From Alkanindiges illinoisensis DSM 15370 (GTDB lineage: Bacteria > Pseudomonadota > Gammaproteobacteria > Pseudomonadales > Moraxellaceae): a stretch of 32,000 nucleotides of DNA. Position numbers and translations under genes: made by a program. Under the pieces are notes generated by a model. It was not told the DNA's origin and did not search any database. It saw nothing but the letters and a program-made list of their open reading frames with translations. This document shows positions 7,708 through 18,234 of this stretch, piece by piece; position 1 is the first letter of the stretch, and each line of letters starts with the position of its first letter. The stretch lies in assembly GCF_000619845.1 (NCBI RefSeq), contig NZ_JHUX01000007.1:1-32000 (forward strand), written 5' to 3'.

Positions 7708-8790
7708 ATGTCTGTCGTAAAAACAATTCGTCGCCAGGTTTCTAATGCAGGTGGCAAGGCACGCGGAGATGCAGCACGCTTATTGGCACATCTGCCAGCG
7801 CCTATGCAGTTGCGTCTGGCCCGCTTAATGGGCTATCAGTATGAATACGCAGGCCTTGATCCCCACATTCGCCTGTTGCTGGCATTCCGCCAGCTGGAAG
7901 GTGGTGGCAGTCTGGTTACACGCGATGCAGTGAAAAGCCGTCGCCATTTTCGCCGTGAAATGCTGTCGATTGCTGGAAAGCCCACAGAAGTGGCCCAGGT
8001 TAAGAATTTCCAGATTGATGGGCCTGCTGGCAAGTTAAATGTACGCCATTATCTTCCTGAACAGCATCAGGGCGCGCCATTGCTGGTGTTTTATCATGGC
8101 GGTGGTTTTGTGGTCGGTGATCTGGATACTCATGATGAAGCCTGTCGCTTGCTGTGCCACCATGGCCGCATGCAGGTGCTGAGCATTGATTACCGTCTGG
8201 CACCGGAATATCCAGCGCCAGCGGCAGTGGATGATTGTATTGCAGCATTGAAATGGGCCAAAGCCCATGCAGCTGAACTGGGCGCTGATCCGGCTCGCAT
8301 TTGTGTGGGCGGTGATAGTGCTGGCGGTAACCTGTCTGCGGTAGTGAGCCAGCAAACCAAAGGAACGCCTGACGCACCTGCCGCGCAGCTATTGTTTTAT
8401 CCGGTGGTTGATCTGGTGAATGAGTACCAGTCACGTAAAGCCTTTACCCAGGGCTTGTTCTTAAGCGATCTGGATATTGAAGAAGCCAATTATGCTTATG
8501 TGGGACTGAGTGACTTGACGCTACAGGACCCACTGGTGACACCAATGCTGGGCGATATGACCAATCTGCCGCCAGCACTGGTGGTGAGTGCTGCCTATGA
8601 TGTGCTGTGTGACGAAGGCGAAGCCTATGCACATCGCATGCGTGAACTGGGCAACCGGGTGATTCTGGACCGGGTAGAAAGTCATGGTCATGGCTTTATT
8701 AACCTGACCTATTTGAATCCTTCGGCCAAGCAAACCACCATCCGGGTGGCACAGGATTTCCGCGTGTTTCTGGACAGTCTGCCTGCCTGA
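7708..8790 (+). CDS. Alpha/beta hydrolase, hormone-sensitive-lipase (HSL/Aes) family esterase/lipase
   Basis: Oxyanion motif HGGGF (VFYHGGGFVVGD), nucleophile elbow GDSAGG, an Asp in DVLCDEG, and a His in HGHGF. I prefer the ATG at 7708 (RBS aggaag 7697-7702) over the TTG at 7687 in the ORF track. Confidence 0.85.
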   Translation: MSVVKTIRRQVSNAGGKARGDAARLLAHLPAPMQLRLARLMGYQYEYAGLDPHIRLLLAFRQLEGGGSLVTRDAVKSRRHFRREMLSIAGKPTEVAQVKNFQIDGPAGKLNVRHYLPEQHQGAPLLVFYHGGGFVVGDLDTHDEACRLLCHHGRMQVLSIDYRLAPEYPAPAAVDDCIAALKWAKAHAAELGADPARICVGGDSAGGNLSAVVSQQTKGTPDAPAAQLLFYPVVDLVNEYQSRKAFTQGLFLSDLDIEEANYAYVGLSDLTLQDPLVTPMLGDMTNLPPALVVSAAYDVLCDEGEAYAHRMRELGNRVILDRVESHGHGFINLTYLNPSAKQTTIRVAQDFRVFLDSLPA

Positions 8791-8895
8791 ATATCTTGCC
8801 AGAATGACTGACAGGTCAGGGCGGCTTAGACTAAAGTCTAATTAATTCGGCTAGGCTGCCTACTGCACTTTGCGTATGATTGCGCGCTTTGAAAT

Positions 8896-8927
8896 AAGGC
8901 TTGGAACAAAATTCTAAGCCTTTTTTA
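8896..8927 (+). terminator. Rho-independent terminator after the esterase gene
   Basis: Stem aaggcttgg/ctaagcctt (one G-U pair) followed by ttttt. Confidence 0.7.
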
Positions 8928-8993
8928 TTGCCAATTCTGATGCTGCATAAGAGTCATGATCTGACTTGCTGCGGCGATTAACGCGATAGGTGT

Positions 8994-10163
8994 GTGGTGA
9001 AGCAAAAGCAAAGTGTAATTTCGCTGTTGGTCTGTTTACCGCTATGGCTGGCCAGTCAGGCTGGGCATGCGGTTGAGGTGGCGATGGATGGGCCGGGCAA
9101 GCTGGAGATTGGCGGGGCAATTCGTGCCAAATACCAGTATCAGGATTTTGCCCAGACTGACAAGAGCAAGCTGGAGTTTGCAGACAGCAAGCTGGTGATT
9201 AATTATAGCTCGCCCACCTGGCTGGCTTATGCCGATTATCGCTGCTACCGTACGGAAGAACTCTGTGATTTGAGCATGCTGGTGGATGCATGGGTGGGTT
9301 ACCAGCTTGATCCACAGCAGCAATTAAGTATTGGCATGATGCCAGTTCCTTTTGGCCCGGGTCAGTATTGGGGCAGTACCTATTACGAAGGCACGGCTTA
9401 TAATCTGGGGCTGGAAGACACGCATAATCCGGGTATCAAGTACCAGTACAAGACCTCTGGCAACGAGTTGTCACTGGGTTTTTACCCGCAGGATGGCGGT
9501 AATTATATTGGTCAAAGCAATGATGCCAGCCGCTTTAGCGCTAATTTGGCCCAGGCTGATGACCTTGCCAACGGCACCAATATTGAAGAAAAAAACATGC
9601 TGATTGGCCGGGTTAGCCATCAGTTTAAGCAAAATGCGCAACTTAATCATACTGTAGGTGCATCGTACTGGCATTCAATACTGGAAAATCAGCAAAATGG
9701 CCAGTCCGGTGACCGTAATGCCTGGAATGTGTTTAGCAGTAGCAACTGGAAACAGTGGAATACCACCCTGGTAGCCGGGCAGCATCGTCTGGACAATCAG
9801 GACATGCAAATACCGGACATCAGTACATTTGGTGCCTTTGACTATAGCTACAATCTGGCCAATGATTATGATTATTACAGTGCCGAGCTGTCCTATAGCT
9901 TTGCCAGGCCGTATGGTAAGTTTAGCAATATCAAGCCCTATTTAAACTATAGCGTGATGGACAAGCAGCCAAAAGGTTTTGCCACGTCACAGCGGCTGAT
10001 TTCCGGGATTGGATTTAATTATGGGCCAATGGGTATTTTTGCTGAATATATGATTGCCAAGAATGACGCCATGGTGGGTGGTGATGCCAACAGCTATGCG
10101 CAGGGCAGCGCCGATGCCGACTGGAAAAAGCTGCTGTATATTTCGATTGGTTATTATTTTTAA
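8994..10163 (+). CDS. Putative outer-membrane beta-barrel porin
   Basis: Has a signal peptide (...LASQAGHA-VEV) and alternating aromatic/polar strands rich in Y/G/N. The C-terminus ISIGYYF has the terminal Phe typical of OMPs. The start is GTG at 8994 or 8997. The subfamily (OprO/P-like or other) is not resolved. Confidence 0.6.
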   Translation: MVKQKQSVISLLVCLPLWLASQAGHAVEVAMDGPGKLEIGGAIRAKYQYQDFAQTDKSKLEFADSKLVINYSSPTWLAYADYRCYRTEELCDLSMLVDAWVGYQLDPQQQLSIGMMPVPFGPGQYWGSTYYEGTAYNLGLEDTHNPGIKYQYKTSGNELSLGFYPQDGGNYIGQSNDASRFSANLAQADDLANGTNIEEKNMLIGRVSHQFKQNAQLNHTVGASYWHSILENQQNGQSGDRNAWNVFSSSNWKQWNTTLVAGQHRLDNQDMQIPDISTFGAFDYSYNLANDYDYYSAELSYSFARPYGKFSNIKPYLNYSVMDKQPKGFATSQRLISGIGFNYGPMGIFAEYMIAKNDAMVGGDANSYAQGSADADWKKLLYISIGYYF

Positions 10164-10183
10164 GGCGAATAAATCCTCGCCAC

Positions 10184-10220
10184 AAAAAAACACCCCGCTA
10201 TGATTGCCGGGGTGTTTTTT
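10184..10220. terminator. Bidirectional rho-independent terminator between the convergent porin and fkpB genes
   Basis: Stem aacaccccg/cggggtgtt (10189-10216), flanked by A7 upstream and T6 downstream. A second hairpin, agggcaaaa/ttttgccct, lies at 10225-10249. Confidence 0.8.
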
Positions 10221-10266
10221 CATCAGGGCAAAAGATGCTTTTTTGCCCTAGATTGCCTGCATTGCT

Positions 10267-10800
10267 TTAGGATGGTTTACTGGCATTGCTGGACAAAATG
10301 GATAAGCCGGATTGTCCTGCTGGTGTGACCCGGATGATTTCCACTTCAAACACCACATTGCGACCCGCCAGCGGATGGTTAAAGTCAATTTCAGTGATGT
10401 CATCATTAACTGATTTCACCACGCCGGGCAGTGTAGACTTGCTTTTGTCCTCAAATTCAATCATTTGATCGACTTGCGGACGCTCGGCAAACTTGACGGT
10501 ATCAAAGGTTTGCACATTGTCCGGGTTCCACGGCCCAAAGGCATCTTCCGGCGGCAGGTGCACGGTACGGCGGTCACCCGCACGCAGGCCCAGCAGCGCG
10601 TTTTCAAAACCGGGCAGCAAATTGCCATCGCCAATGGTCAGGCTCACAGGTTCTGGCCGGATGCGGGTGTTGTCCAGTTCAATGCCATTTTCCAGCGCCA
10701 CTGAAAAATGCAATTCAACCTTGCTGCCTTCACCAATACGGGTATCTTCATTGGGATTAACAAACTGCGATGTGCCAGCAGGATGGTTTGAATCAGTCAT
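10267..10800 (-). CDS. fkpB: FKBP-type peptidyl-prolyl cis-trans isomerase (FkpB/SlpA type)
   Basis: 177 aa. FKBP core with an inserted flap (LPGFENALLGLRAGD..., DFNHPLAG). It sits in the conserved position downstream of lspA. Confidence 0.8.
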   Translation of the reverse strand: MTDSNHPAGTSQFVNPNEDTRIGEGSKVELHFSVALENGIELDNTRIRPEPVSLTIGDGNLLPGFENALLGLRAGDRRTVHLPPEDAFGPWNPDNVQTFDTVKFAERPQVDQMIEFEDKSKSTLPGVVKSVNDDITEIDFNHPLAGRNVVFEVEIIRVTPAGQSGLSILSSNASKPS

Positions 10801-10803
10801 GCG

Positions 10804-11370
10804 TTACTCCTGAGCCTTAGAGGTATCAGCGCCATTGGAGGCGGCCTGTGCTGTTGCCTGTTGAATCCGGTACTTTTCCAGAAAAAACGTATCAATAATC
10901 AGCAGGATGGTGCCCAGTGTGATGGAACTGTCGGCAATGTTAAACGCCGGGAAATGATGGTTTTGGTAATACACATGAATAAAATCCACCACATAGCCCA
11001 GCGTAACCCGGTCAATCAGGTTGCCTAGTGCGCCGCCCAGAATCAGGGCAATTGCTAGCGGCAGCACTTTTAGCCGGGTTGGCATGCGCATGAGCCAGAT
11101 GGTAAATGCAATGGACACCAGTGCGGCCAGCCCAGTGAAGAAATAACGCTGCCAGCCGCCGGCATCTGACAGGAAACTAAATGCTGCGCCATAGTTATGC
11201 AGCAGTGTCCAGTTTAAAAAAGGCAAAACAGGCACTGGCTCGGCAAAAGTGAGCTGGGTACTGGCCAGATGCTTGGTGTACTGGTCCAGCACAATGGAAA
11301 CCAGCGCCAGCAGTAGCCACCACAGGTTGTGCAAGCGGAATGGATGAGCGGTAGACTGGTGATTAGGCAT
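10804..11370 (-). CDS. lspA: Lipoprotein signal peptidase (signal peptidase II)
   Basis: Motifs [21 protein letters not shown] and FNIAD. I chose the start at the ATG at 11370 (RBS ggtgaggag), which overlaps the ileS stop by 8 nt. The ORF-track 5' extension into ileS is not credible. Confidence 0.9.
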   Translation of the reverse strand: MPNHQSTAHPFRLHNLWWLLLALVSIVLDQYTKHLASTQLTFAEPVPVLPFLNWTLLHNYGAAFSFLSDAGGWQRYFFTGLAALVSIAFTIWLMRMPTRLKVLPLAIALILGGALGNLIDRVTLGYVVDFIHVYYQNHHFPAFNIADSSITLGTILLIIDTFFLEKYRIQQATAQAASNGADTSKAQE

Positions 11371-14212
11371 ATTGGCGCTCCTCACCCTGACCGACCACAT
11401 TGATAATGCAGCGTCCGCAAATGGTTGAATGCTCGGCGTGACTGCCAACATCCGGTAACACATGCCAGCAGCGCGCGCACTTGGTGCCTGCTGCTGGAGA
11501 AATTTTAACGTGTAAGCCTTCGACCTCGGTGGCTTCGCCCTGATTTTTATCGAATGAATGCAGGTTCACCTGACTGGTAATCAGTACAAAGCGCAGTTCA
11601 TTACCCAGCTGGTTTAGGATGGGGTACAGCGTGTCATTTGCCCACAGGTCAACCTGAGCCGATAAATTACTGCCCACCAGCTTGGCGTTACGTGCTGCTT
11701 CAATTTGCTTGTTGACCGCTGATTTCACACTCAGCAGGGCCTGCCAGTTTTCGGAACTAATCAGATTCGTACCAGTGGCTTGTGGCAAGTCATACCATTC
11801 GGCAGTAAACACATATTTTTCCGATTGCTCTGGAATCAGTGGCCACGCTTCCTGCGAAGTAAAGCTCAGGATTGGACTCATCCAGCGTACAAAGGCCTGT
11901 ACCAGATGATACAGCGCAGTTTGCGCCGAGCGGCGTGCATGGGAATCGGTTTTGGTGGTGTACTGGCGATCCTTGATAATATCCAGATAAAAACCGCCTA
12001 GATCATTAATACAAAAACCAGTGAGCTGGCTGCACACCACATGGAAGTTCATATCGTTATAGGCGGCAATAATGCTGTTTTGCACATCGCTGGCGCGCTG
12101 GATAATATATTGATCCAGTGCAATGAGCTGATCCACCGGCACCAGATCGGTACTGGGTTTAAAGCCGTTCAGGTTGGCCAGCAAAAAGCGCAGGGTATTG
12201 CGAATGCGGCGATAGCTGTCACTCACCCGGCTAAAGATTTCCTTACTGGCGGCAATCTCGTAGCGGTAATCACTGGATGCCACATACAGGCGCAGGCCAT
12301 CAGCGCCCAGCTGCTTGATGATGTCTTCCAGCGGAATGTAGTTACCCAGCGATTTGGACAGCTTGCGGCCGTTTTCATCCACGGTAAAACCATGCGTGAG
12401 CACATTTTTAAATGGCGCGCGCTGGTTAATGGCAATGGAGGTCAGCAGGGACGACTGAAACCAGCCGCGATGCTGGTCGGAGCCTTCCAGATACAGGTCG
12501 GCAGGTGACTGTAAATCGTCCCGCTGTTCCAGCACGGCATAATGCGTAGTGCCAGAATCAAACCACACATCCAGCGTATCCTTGATGGCATTGTATTGAT
12601 CGCTGTCACTACCCAGCAGGCTGGTTTTATCCAGTGAAAACCAGGCTTCAACGCCCTCCTGCTCAATGAGCTGGGCAACCTGTTCAATCAGTTCACTGGT
12701 ACGCGGATGAAGTTCATTGCTGTCTTTATGCACAAAAAACGGAATCGGCACACCCCAGGTGCGCTGACGGGAAATACACCAGTCCGGACGGCCATCTACC
12801 ATGGCTTCAATCCGGTTTTTGCCCCAGTCCGGAATCCATTGCACATCCTGAATGGCTGCCATGGCTTGCTCACGCAGGCCGCGCTGCTCCATGCTGATAA
12901 ACCATTGTGGTGTAGCCCGGAAAATAATTGGCGTTTTATGCCGCCAGCAATGCGGATAGCTGTGCTGGATGGGCTGATGCGCCATCAGCTTTCCAATGGT
13001 TTTCAGGTTATCAATGATTTGCGGATTGGCTTTATAAATATGCTGCCCGGCAAAAATCGGTGCAGTGGGTAAATACACCCCGTTGCTGCCAACCGGGTTG
13101 TCCACCGCCAGATTGTATTGCAGGCCAACCTTGTAGTCGTCCACGCCATGCCCCGGCGCAGTATGCACGGCACCAGTACCACTGGCAGCGGTGACATGCT
13201 CACCCAAAATGACCGGCACCTGACGCTCGGCAATTAATGGATGTTGCAACACCAGTTTTTCCAGTACGGCACCTTTAAATTCAGCCATTATTTTTGGGCT
13301 TGAAAGTTGGTAGCGCTCGCAGGCCGATGGCACTAAATCCTTGGCCAGAATCAGAGCCTGTTCACCCGTATCGTTGCTGACTTTAACCAGTTGGTAGTCA
13401 ATGTCTGGATGCAGGGCAACCGCCTGATTGGCAGGCAGTGTCCATGGTGTTGTCGTCCAGATGACGATATCAGTCGGTACATCAACCGTAACACCCACGC
13501 GCTGGCTTAAATCGGCAAGGTCAACCACGCCAAAGCCGACATCAATGGCATCGGATTTTTTATTTTCGTATTCTACTTCAGCTTCAGCCAGTGCAGAGCC
13601 ACAGTCCAGACACCAGTTGACGGGTTTTAAACCGGCCTGTACATGGCCTGCCGCCACAATCTTGCCCAGGGCGCGGACAATATCGGCTTCCTGCTTAAAG
13701 TTCATGGTCAGGTAGGGATTATCCCAGTCGCCCAGCACGCCTAGGCGTTCAAAGTCCTTGCGCTGGATAGCCACCTGACTGGCGGCATAGTCGCGGCATA
13801 ATTTGCGAAAGGTTCTGGCATCGACTTTGTCACCAACCTTGCCCACTTTTTCTTCAACTTTAAGTTCAATCGGCAAACCATGACAATCCCAGCCCGGTAC
13901 ATACGGCGCATCAAAACCGGACAAAGTGCGACTTTTGACAATAATGTCCTTGAGCACCTTATTCACGGCATGACCCAGATGAATGGAACCATTGGCATAC
14001 GGCGGGCCATCATGCAGGATGTATTTGGTTTGACCGGCACGCGCAGCACGAATTTGCTGATACAGGCCATCAGCCTGCCATTCATCCAGCCACTGGGCTT
14101 CACGGGTGGCCAGATTGGCCTTCATGGCAAAGGCAGTGTCCGGCAGATTCAGGGTACTTTTATAATCGACCCCTTCGGTAGTCTGGCTGCTGTCTTTAGT
14201 CGGGTTGCTCAT
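11363..14212 (-). CDS. ileS: Isoleucine--tRNA ligase
   Basis: 949 aa. HIGH-type motif ([11 protein letters not shown]), KMSKS-type motif (KLSKSLGN), and a C-terminal Zn-finger with C..C...C..C. Confidence 0.97.
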   Translation of the reverse strand: MSNPTKDSSQTTEGVDYKSTLNLPDTAFAMKANLATREAQWLDEWQADGLYQQIRAARAGQTKYILHDGPPYANGSIHLGHAVNKVLKDIIVKSRTLSGFDAPYVPGWDCHGLPIELKVEEKVGKVGDKVDARTFRKLCRDYAASQVAIQRKDFERLGVLGDWDNPYLTMNFKQEADIVRALGKIVAAGHVQAGLKPVNWCLDCGSALAEAEVEYENKKSDAIDVGFGVVDLADLSQRVGVTVDVPTDIVIWTTTPWTLPANQAVALHPDIDYQLVKVSNDTGEQALILAKDLVPSACERYQLSSPKIMAEFKGAVLEKLVLQHPLIAERQVPVILGEHVTAASGTGAVHTAPGHGVDDYKVGLQYNLAVDNPVGSNGVYLPTAPIFAGQHIYKANPQIIDNLKTIGKLMAHQPIQHSYPHCWRHKTPIIFRATPQWFISMEQRGLREQAMAAIQDVQWIPDWGKNRIEAMVDGRPDWCISRQRTWGVPIPFFVHKDSNELHPRTSELIEQVAQLIEQEGVEAWFSLDKTSLLGSDSDQYNAIKDTLDVWFDSGTTHYAVLEQRDDLQSPADLYLEGSDQHRGWFQSSLLTSIAINQRAPFKNVLTHGFTVDENGRKLSKSLGNYIPLEDIIKQLGADGLRLYVASSDYRYEIAASKEIFSRVSDSYRRIRNTLRFLLANLNGFKPSTDLVPVDQLIALDQYIIQRASDVQNSIIAAYNDMNFHVVCSQLTGFCINDLGGFYLDIIKDRQYTTKTDSHARRSAQTALYHLVQAFVRWMSPILSFTSQEAWPLIPEQSEKYVFTAEWYDLPQATGTNLISSENWQALLSVKSAVNKQIEAARNAKLVGSNLSAQVDLWANDTLYPILNQLGNELRFVLITSQVNLHSFDKNQGEATEVEGLHVKISPAAGTKCARCWHVLPDVGSHAEHSTICGRCIINVVGQGEERQYA

Positions 14213-14265
14213 CAGTCACATCATCCTTTAGGCCAGCAGGACGACCCACTGGCAATGAAAACAGG

Positions 14266-15315
14266 TTAAATCATCAGAAAACTTAAAGCGTCACTGTCGG
14301 AAGCATCACTGTCAGAATATTGCTGGCGAAAGGCACGCACGTCATTGACGTCCTGCAAAATTCCAGCCTTGAGCGCTTCCAGTGAGGAATAATTTTTTTC
14401 ACCATGCAAATAATGCAAAAAAGTCACTCGCACCAGCAGGCCATACAGGTTGGCGCTTAAATCCGGGAAGTGCACTTCCAGCCGCCATTCCGGTTTTTCC
14501 TGTGCAATGGCAGGCCGCGTTCCCACATGCGCCGCACCCAGAATACTGTTGGGCTGGTAGCCGGCAATGCCATTTAAACCCGATGGCTGGCCATGGTGTT
14601 GCTGCGCCACCCGTTCTGGTAACGACGGCTCATAAATGGTTTGTACCTCGGCCACATAAATGCCATGCAGGCAAGGTGTCAGCCGTTTCAAGGCTACATT
14701 AATCGTGGGAAAATCAATGGTACGGCCAATCTGGTCACCATACTGAATCCGCCCGGTAATGCTATACGGCCGGCCCAGCAGTTGTGCTGCAGCCTTGAAA
14801 TCACCCTGTAACAGGCAATTGCGAATCCGGGTAGAACTCACCCGTTCGCCATGCACCAGCACCGTTTCCAGATTATCAATGGGAAAACCATAAGCACGCA
14901 AAAAATCACTGTCGCCAGCACGGTCACAACCAAAGCGGAAATCATCACCCAAAACCAGTGCCATGCCATTAAGCTGGAATTTCAGCAGGTCGGCAAACTG
15001 GCGCGCAGTGAGCGAACGAAAGGCCTGATCAAAGCGGGCAATCAGCACATAATCAATGCCCTGAGCACGCAGCAGTTCAATTTTTTCACGCGAGGAGGTA
15101 ATGCGGGGCGGGGCATCGCTGCCCTTGAAAAATTCCAGCGGCTGCGGTTCAAACAGCATCACCAGTGTCTTGAGGCCATCCGCCTGCGCGCGCTGTTTTA
15201 GCGTGTGCAGCATTGCCTGATGTCCCAGATGGACACCATCAAAGTTGCCAATGGTAATTGCCGTGGGCGGCAACTGCATATCGGCAGGCAAGGCATGCAA
15301 ATGAAGCAACTTCAT
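14266..15315 (-). CDS. ribF: Bifunctional riboflavin kinase / FMN adenylyltransferase
   Basis: TIGNFDGVHLGHQAML aligns with the E. coli RibF N-terminus, which sets the start at the second Met (15315). The riboflavin-kinase half (GRT.GFPT-like IGRTIDFPTINV, LEVH) is present. It carries an extra acidic Ser/Asp C-terminal tail. Confidence 0.93.
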   Translation of the reverse strand: MKLLHLHALPADMQLPPTAITIGNFDGVHLGHQAMLHTLKQRAQADGLKTLVMLFEPQPLEFFKGSDAPPRITSSREKIELLRAQGIDYVLIARFDQAFRSLTARQFADLLKFQLNGMALVLGDDFRFGCDRAGDSDFLRAYGFPIDNLETVLVHGERVSSTRIRNCLLQGDFKAAAQLLGRPYSITGRIQYGDQIGRTIDFPTINVALKRLTPCLHGIYVAEVQTIYEPSLPERVAQQHHGQPSGLNGIAGYQPNSILGAAHVGTRPAIAQEKPEWRLEVHFPDLSANLYGLLVRVTFLHYLHGEKNYSSLEALKAGILQDVNDVRAFRQQYSDSDASDSDALSFLMI

Positions 15316-15460
15316 ATCACAAATAAGCGGTCGCAATAAAGTCGCCTAGTTTGCCAGAAAATGCGCATTTCGTCCTGCTTTGTTGAAATTTTCAGCATGG
15401 CAAAGCGCAAAAATCCCAAAACAATGCATTTGTTTAAAAATAAATGGGGAAATCCAGGCT

Positions 15461-16840
15461 TTAAATCAAGCGCTGCACGGTTTTTTTCTTCCACACCAAC
15501 CGATAAAACCCGGTTTGCAGGATGCACATCAGGGTAAACGCCAGCGCATAGGCAAACCAGATACCCTGCAAGCCATACCAGTGGCTAAACAGCACCGCGC
15601 AAGGCAATTCAACCAGTACAATACAACCCACGCTAATCAGCATGGGTAGCAAGACAGTACCACTGGCGCGCATGATGCCTGCAAAAATCGAACCGGCACC
15701 AAATAGTAAAATGCTCCATAGCACAATGTGCAGCAGTTGCTGGCCCAGTTCAATCACACTGGGATCGGTAATAAACAAAGCCATCAGATGCCGTGAAAAC
15801 ACATAAGCCAGTACAATCAGCACGCCAGTAAAGGCCAGATTCATGATGAGTGCGGTACGGGTCACACAATTCAGGGCTTCATCCTTGCCGGCACCAATGG
15901 CTTGCGCCGCAAAAATAGAACCAGCAATGGCAATGGACATGGCTGGAAACTGCACATAGCTCAAGACCTGATTGATGGCCCCGTAGGCTGCTGTAGCCTG
16001 TGCGCCATAGTGATTGACCAGTCCAATAATCACAATGCCGGAAATAGAGCTGGTGACCATTTGCAGGGCGGTGGGCAGGCCAAGGCGCAGGATCAGCTTG
16101 GTAATTGGCCAGTCAAAGCGAATATGTGCAATCAGCTGCGCATCGGGTGCCAGCGGATGCTGCTTATGGCGCATATAAAAAAACAGATACGTCAGCACGA
16201 CCAAAAAGCCCACAATGGTGGCAATGGCAGGCGCCTGAATGCCCATTTGCGGCAGGCCCACCCAGCCCTTGATCAAGGCCGGCGTGGTAACAAGTCCGAC
16301 AATAATGGACAGTACCATGGTAATCATCGGTGTGATGGAATCACCTACGCCGCGCATCAGTGAGGTATAGACGATAAAAACAAACAGTAGCGGGCTACCC
16401 AGCAGCATCAGGCGTGAATAGTCAGCCGCCAGTGGTATAATTTCCGCTGGTACGCCCAGCAGGTTGAGCGCCTGATGGGTAAAGCTGACCCCAACAATGG
16501 CAATCACGATGCCCAGAGACATCACCAGTGCCAGTGTATTGCCGGTAATTTGCTTGACTTTCTCGACGTCATGCGCGCCCCACGCCTGACCAATCAGCAC
16601 ACTGGCGCCTGCTGCGAGACCAATCACAAAAGACAGCAGGAAAAACAGGATGGGAAAAAACACGGCTACCGCAGCCACCGCATTGACACCCAGCAACTGT
16701 CCCACAAAAATGGTGTTAATGGTGCCAGACAGTGACTGCAAGATATTGGTGATCAGCAGCGGCACCAGAAATAATAAAAATGGTTTCCAGAGCGTGGATA
16801 CCGAGGATAAGTGCTGGATGGATAAGGGACGGCTGGGCAC
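15461..16840 (-). CDS. MATE family efflux transporter
   Basis: 459 aa with about 12 predicted TM helices. The N-terminal pattern (P.L..N.LQ.L.G.I...FVG.LG...A.AAV) is typical of NorM/DinF-type MATE proteins, not MurJ. The GTG start has a weak RBS, so the start is uncertain. Confidence 0.85.
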   Translation of the reverse strand: MPSRPLSIQHLSSVSTLWKPFLLFLVPLLITNILQSLSGTINTIFVGQLLGVNAVAAVAVFFPILFFLLSFVIGLAAGASVLIGQAWGAHDVEKVKQITGNTLALVMSLGIVIAIVGVSFTHQALNLLGVPAEIIPLAADYSRLMLLGSPLLFVFIVYTSLMRGVGDSITPMITMVLSIIVGLVTTPALIKGWVGLPQMGIQAPAIATIVGFLVVLTYLFFYMRHKQHPLAPDAQLIAHIRFDWPITKLILRLGLPTALQMVTSSISGIVIIGLVNHYGAQATAAYGAINQVLSYVQFPAMSIAIAGSIFAAQAIGAGKDEALNCVTRTALIMNLAFTGVLIVLAYVFSRHLMALFITDPSVIELGQQLLHIVLWSILLFGAGSIFAGIMRASGTVLLPMLISVGCIVLVELPCAVLFSHWYGLQGIWFAYALAFTLMCILQTGFYRLVWKKKTVQRLI

Positions 16841-17001
16841 GGAATAATTACGCCTAAGATCAGTTTAAGGAATCATGAAAACTGTTATAACAGGCTGACC
16901 CAACCTAAGTCATTACTAAATCACTATTTTATAACCAACTATCAGGCTGGCTTAACACAGCACTACAAAATCAAAAAGCTCTGATCAATTTTGGTACAGC
17001 A

Positions 17002-18234
17002 TTACAGCATCAAATGAATCTGCATTTCGCCTATCAAAAAACCCAGTACCGCGCCCACAATAATCAGTGACCATTCATCTTCCTTGAACGCCGGGCGCAA
17101 CATGCCTTCAAACTCTTCCGGCGTCAGTTGCTGCATGCGGGTCACCAGCGTGTTGCGCACATCCATGGCATCTTCGGCATAGGATTCCACATGCTTCATG
17201 GTTTCCGGCAATTGCGCCATAATGCGGGTGGCCACCTGTTCCTTGAGGCGCTGGTATTTTTCACCGCCCATGGCATATACCACCAACGGACGTACAATGC
17301 CGGCCTGTAAGTCAATTTCCTGTTTCACATGGCGGCTCACCAGTTCAATCACCCGCGCTGAGTGCGTACCGGAAAACAGCTCTTCCATCATGTTGCGCGA
17401 GGTCAGCAGTTGCTTGGAAATGAGGGCAGCATAATCGGCAGCCACTTCATTTTGTCGCTTGATAAACAAACCCTGAATGGTAAAGCCCATGATTTTTTTC
17501 GGGCGCAACGGCCTAAACATCATTTGCAGCGCAATCCAGTCACTAAAAAAACCGACAAAACCACCAAAGGCCGGCAGCATCCACGGTTGCTTGAACAGCA
17601 CCCAGCACACCATTTGAACCACGCCAATGCCAAAACCAAAGAAAAACCCGGCATTGCTAAAAAACTTAAATTCCTGCTTGCCCACTTTTTTAAAAATATC
17701 ATTGAGCAAGCGTTTGTCTTTGAGCAGATTGCTGATCACCATGTGCTTGATGTCAAAATAATGCACCACATCTTTTTGTACTTCGGTCATGATGTGTTCC
17801 ACAATTTCCGGTGCCTTGGCCTGCACCCGGCGGATCAGGCGCTTGCGGGCAAATTCCGGCATGCCTTCCCACAGACCCGGCTGGTATTCCTGTGCCACTT
17901 CACGGGTAATTTCCGCTGCTGCCGCCATCATGGGCAGTTCAATTTCCTTGGCAATGCGCTTGGGGTCCAGCCGTGCAAAAATCTCCTCAGGGCGGATCAG
18001 CTTGCTGGTCATCAGCTCCACCGCCACAGTGGCCATTTTTTCAGCCTTGCGCGGCACAATGCCCTGCCAGCCAATCGGCAGGCCAAACAGCCGGATTCCC
18101 TTGAATTCCAGCGGCGCAAACATCATTTGAATGGCAATAACCTTGGTCACATAACCAATAAAGCCACTGATAAACGGAATGGACAGGTAAAGCCACAAAT
18201 GCTGCTGGAAATCAGCAATGATTGACTGGAACAT
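17002..18234 (-). CDS. DUF445 family membrane protein (paralog 1)
   Basis: 410 aa. N-terminal TM plus the segment GYVTKVIAIQMMF.P, a long helical middle region, and a C-terminal TM (EWSLIIVGAVLGFLIGEMQ). This architecture is typical of DUF445/YheB-YjiN-like proteins. Confidence 0.7.
   Translation of the reverse strand: MFQSIIADFQQHLWLYLSIPFISGFIGYVTKVIAIQMMFAPLEFKGIRLFGLPIGWQGIVPRKAEKMATVAVELMTSKLIRPEEIFARLDPKRIAKEIELPMMAAAAEITREVAQEYQPGLWEGMPEFARKRLIRRVQAKAPEIVEHIMTEVQKDVVHYFDIKHMVISNLLKDKRLLNDIFKKVGKQEFKFFSNAGFFFGFGIGVVQMVCWVLFKQPWMLPAFGGFVGFFSDWIALQMMFRPLRPKKIMGFTIQGLFIKRQNEVAADYAALISKQLLTSRNMMEELFSGTHSARVIELVSRHVKQEIDLQAGIVRPLVVYAMGGEKYQRLKEQVATRIMAQLPETMKHVESYAEDAMDVRNTLVTRMQQLTPEEFEGMLRPAFKEDEWSLIIVGAVLGFLIGEMQIHLML

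Noticed and set aside
10225-10249. Second hairpin agggcaaaa/ttttgccct between the porin and fkpB genes
   Set aside because: It has no flanking U-run on either strand, and the adjacent bidirectional hairpin (10184-10220) already explains termination. It is probably an auxiliary or incidental structure.
11371-11463. 5' extensions given in the ORF track for lspA, and likewise for ribF (15316-15336), phoB (22407-22469), TetR (23468-23551), the HDO (25247-25333), the methyltransferase (25339-25425) and the esterase (7687-7707)
   Set aside because: Alignment to known N-termini (RibF, PhoB, LspA) or the presence of a proper RBS at an internal Met favours the shorter starts. The extensions run into upstream genes or promoter regions.
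12041-12508. Antisense ORFs inside ileS, and similar ones inside other genes (for example 8000-8434 and 8035-8355 in the esterase, 17362-18225 in DUF445, 18668-19171, 19348-19767, 24011-24451, 27035-27517, 28884-29267)
   Set aside because: All lie opposite strongly supported genes and have biased, low-complexity or Arg/His/Gln-rich translations with no recognisable motifs. These are typical shadow ORFs.
15461-16840. Possibility that the gene upstream of ribF is murJ (mviN), as I recall for Pseudomonas synteny
   Set aside because: It is 459 aa, and the N-terminal sequence pattern matches MATE (NorM/DinF-like) transporters, not the MurJ N-terminus (…FSR.LGF.RD…) or its length of about 510 aa.
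16882-16893. Perfect 12 bp palindrome CTGTTATAACAG about 45 bp upstream of the MATE gene (LexA- or Zur-like?)
   Set aside because: About 8 perfect 12 bp palindromes are expected by chance in 32 kb. A LexA box needs CTGT-N8-ACAG, not N4, and the Zur core needs a longer AT-rich centre. I kept it only as a weak operator candidate.
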